From: Vicugna vicugna
Taxonomy: Eukaryota
Length of the DNA: 64,000 nt
Direction: 5' to 3'
NCBI GenBank assembly: GCA_013265495.1
Contig: MU058244.1
Location: 1 to 64,000, forward strand
Within the stretch, counting starts at the first letter, position 1. Each line of letters starts with the position of its first letter. The translations under genes and the position numbers were made by a program. Of the stretch, positions 63,378 to 64,000 are shown piece after piece. The notes below the pieces were generated by a model. The model worked only from the letters and a program-made list of their open reading frames with translations. It had not been told where the DNA came from and made no database searches.

Positions 63378-63502
63378 GGCGCGGCGAGCGCGCACTCCCT
63401 GCTCCTCCTCCTCCTTGCTGGCGCTGCCTGCCTCTCCGCACTCGCTGCTCGCGCCGGGCGCGCTCCGTCGGCTCCCTGCTCTCCGCGCCACCCTTCTCCG
63501 GG

Positions 63503-63666
63503 NNNNNNNNNNNNNNNNNNNNNNNNNNNNNNNNNNNNNNNNNNNNNNNNNNNNNNNNNNNNNNNNNNNNNNNNNNNNNNNNNNNNNNNNNNNNNNNNNN
63601 NNNNNNNNNNNNNNNNNNNNNNNNNNNNNNNNNNNNNNNNNNNNNNNNNNNNNNNNNNNNNNNNNN
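63503..63666. other. Assembly gap (164 N), probably containing the PDGFA start codon
   Basis: N run; content inferred from the flanks. Confidence 0.9.
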
Positions 63667-63673
63667 GGCCGAG
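63611..63673 (+). CDS. PDGFA: PDGFA exon 1 coding part (signal peptide). Only ...G GCC GAG (L-A-E) is visible; the start is inferred from a 21-codon exon.
   Basis: After the gap, ggccgag|gtgggt fits the ...VLAE|gt end of PDGFA exon 1. Supported by the upstream leader match and synteny with PRKAR1B. Confidence 0.78.
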
Positions 63674-64000
63674 GTGGGTGCCACCCCCGCACCCGGTCCC
63701 CTCTCCAGCTCCCCCGGCGCACGCCCCCTGCAGCCGCCCACCGGCCGAGGCACCCTGGGCTCCGGGGGTCTGCAGAGCGCATTTTGATTTCTGCTAAGGT
63801 GGTCGATTTTTAATTTTCCCAACTGGGTTCTATTTTCTGCCATGTCTAAGTGTGGCTGGTGAGTTTCCAGCGTGTTGCGTCGCTCTGCCGTGGAAGGACA
63901 GAGTGGCGGCGGGGTCGACGAGTGGGGAGAAACTTCGGGGGGCGCGAGCTCCTCTCGGAGGAGGGAAACCCCGGGCTTGGCGGACAATGCAGCATTGGGG

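Larger units (their letters stand above)
62945..63610 (+). other. PDGFA: PDGFA 5' UTR (exon 1, partly gapped; ends approximate)
   Basis: ctgatgcccgcaaatatgcagaattaccggccgggtcgctcc and gctggcgctgcctgcctctccgcactcgctgctcgcgccgggcgcgctccg match the recalled human PDGFA leader. Confidence 0.85.
61400..64000. promoter_or_regulatory. PDGFA: CpG island covering the PDGFA promoter and exon 1
   Basis: Dense CpG, very high GC, (GCG)n run at about 62696-62712. Confidence 0.9.

Noticed and set aside
62191-63813. 540-aa and 371-aa ORFs across the CpG island
   Set aside because: They are artefacts of N gaps (no stops in N) and extreme GC content.

Overview
Mammalian genomic DNA from a very GC-rich region. 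Two tRNA-derived SINEs of the Vic-1 type point to a camelid (inference from repeat identity). The window holds the last seven coding exons (human exons 5-11) and the 3' UTR of PRKAR1B (PKA regulatory subunit RI-beta) on the + strand. About 17-18 kb of intergenic DNA follows, then the CpG-island promoter and exon 1 of PDGFA on the + strand, the same order as human 7p22.3. Three N gaps hide the PDGFA TATA/TSS, part of the 5' UTR and the start codon. The rest is intron or intergenic sequence with old L1, MaLR, L2, MIR and MER33 remnants and microsatellites. No novel multi-gene system is supported, and the long ORFs in the track look like GC-rich noise. The best leads are: (1) a 62-bp tandem triplication of the exon 7 splice acceptor, giving decoy acceptors and a possible 21-nt in-frame microexon; (2) a Pro-to-Ala change (P334A) next to the cAMP-binding Arg335; (3) a 102-bp, 97%-identical inverted repeat in intron 7 that is not from an obvious transposon; (4) three in-frame uATGs in the PDGFA leader. 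Repeat family names and human comparisons are from memory, not database searches, and repeat boundaries are approximate.
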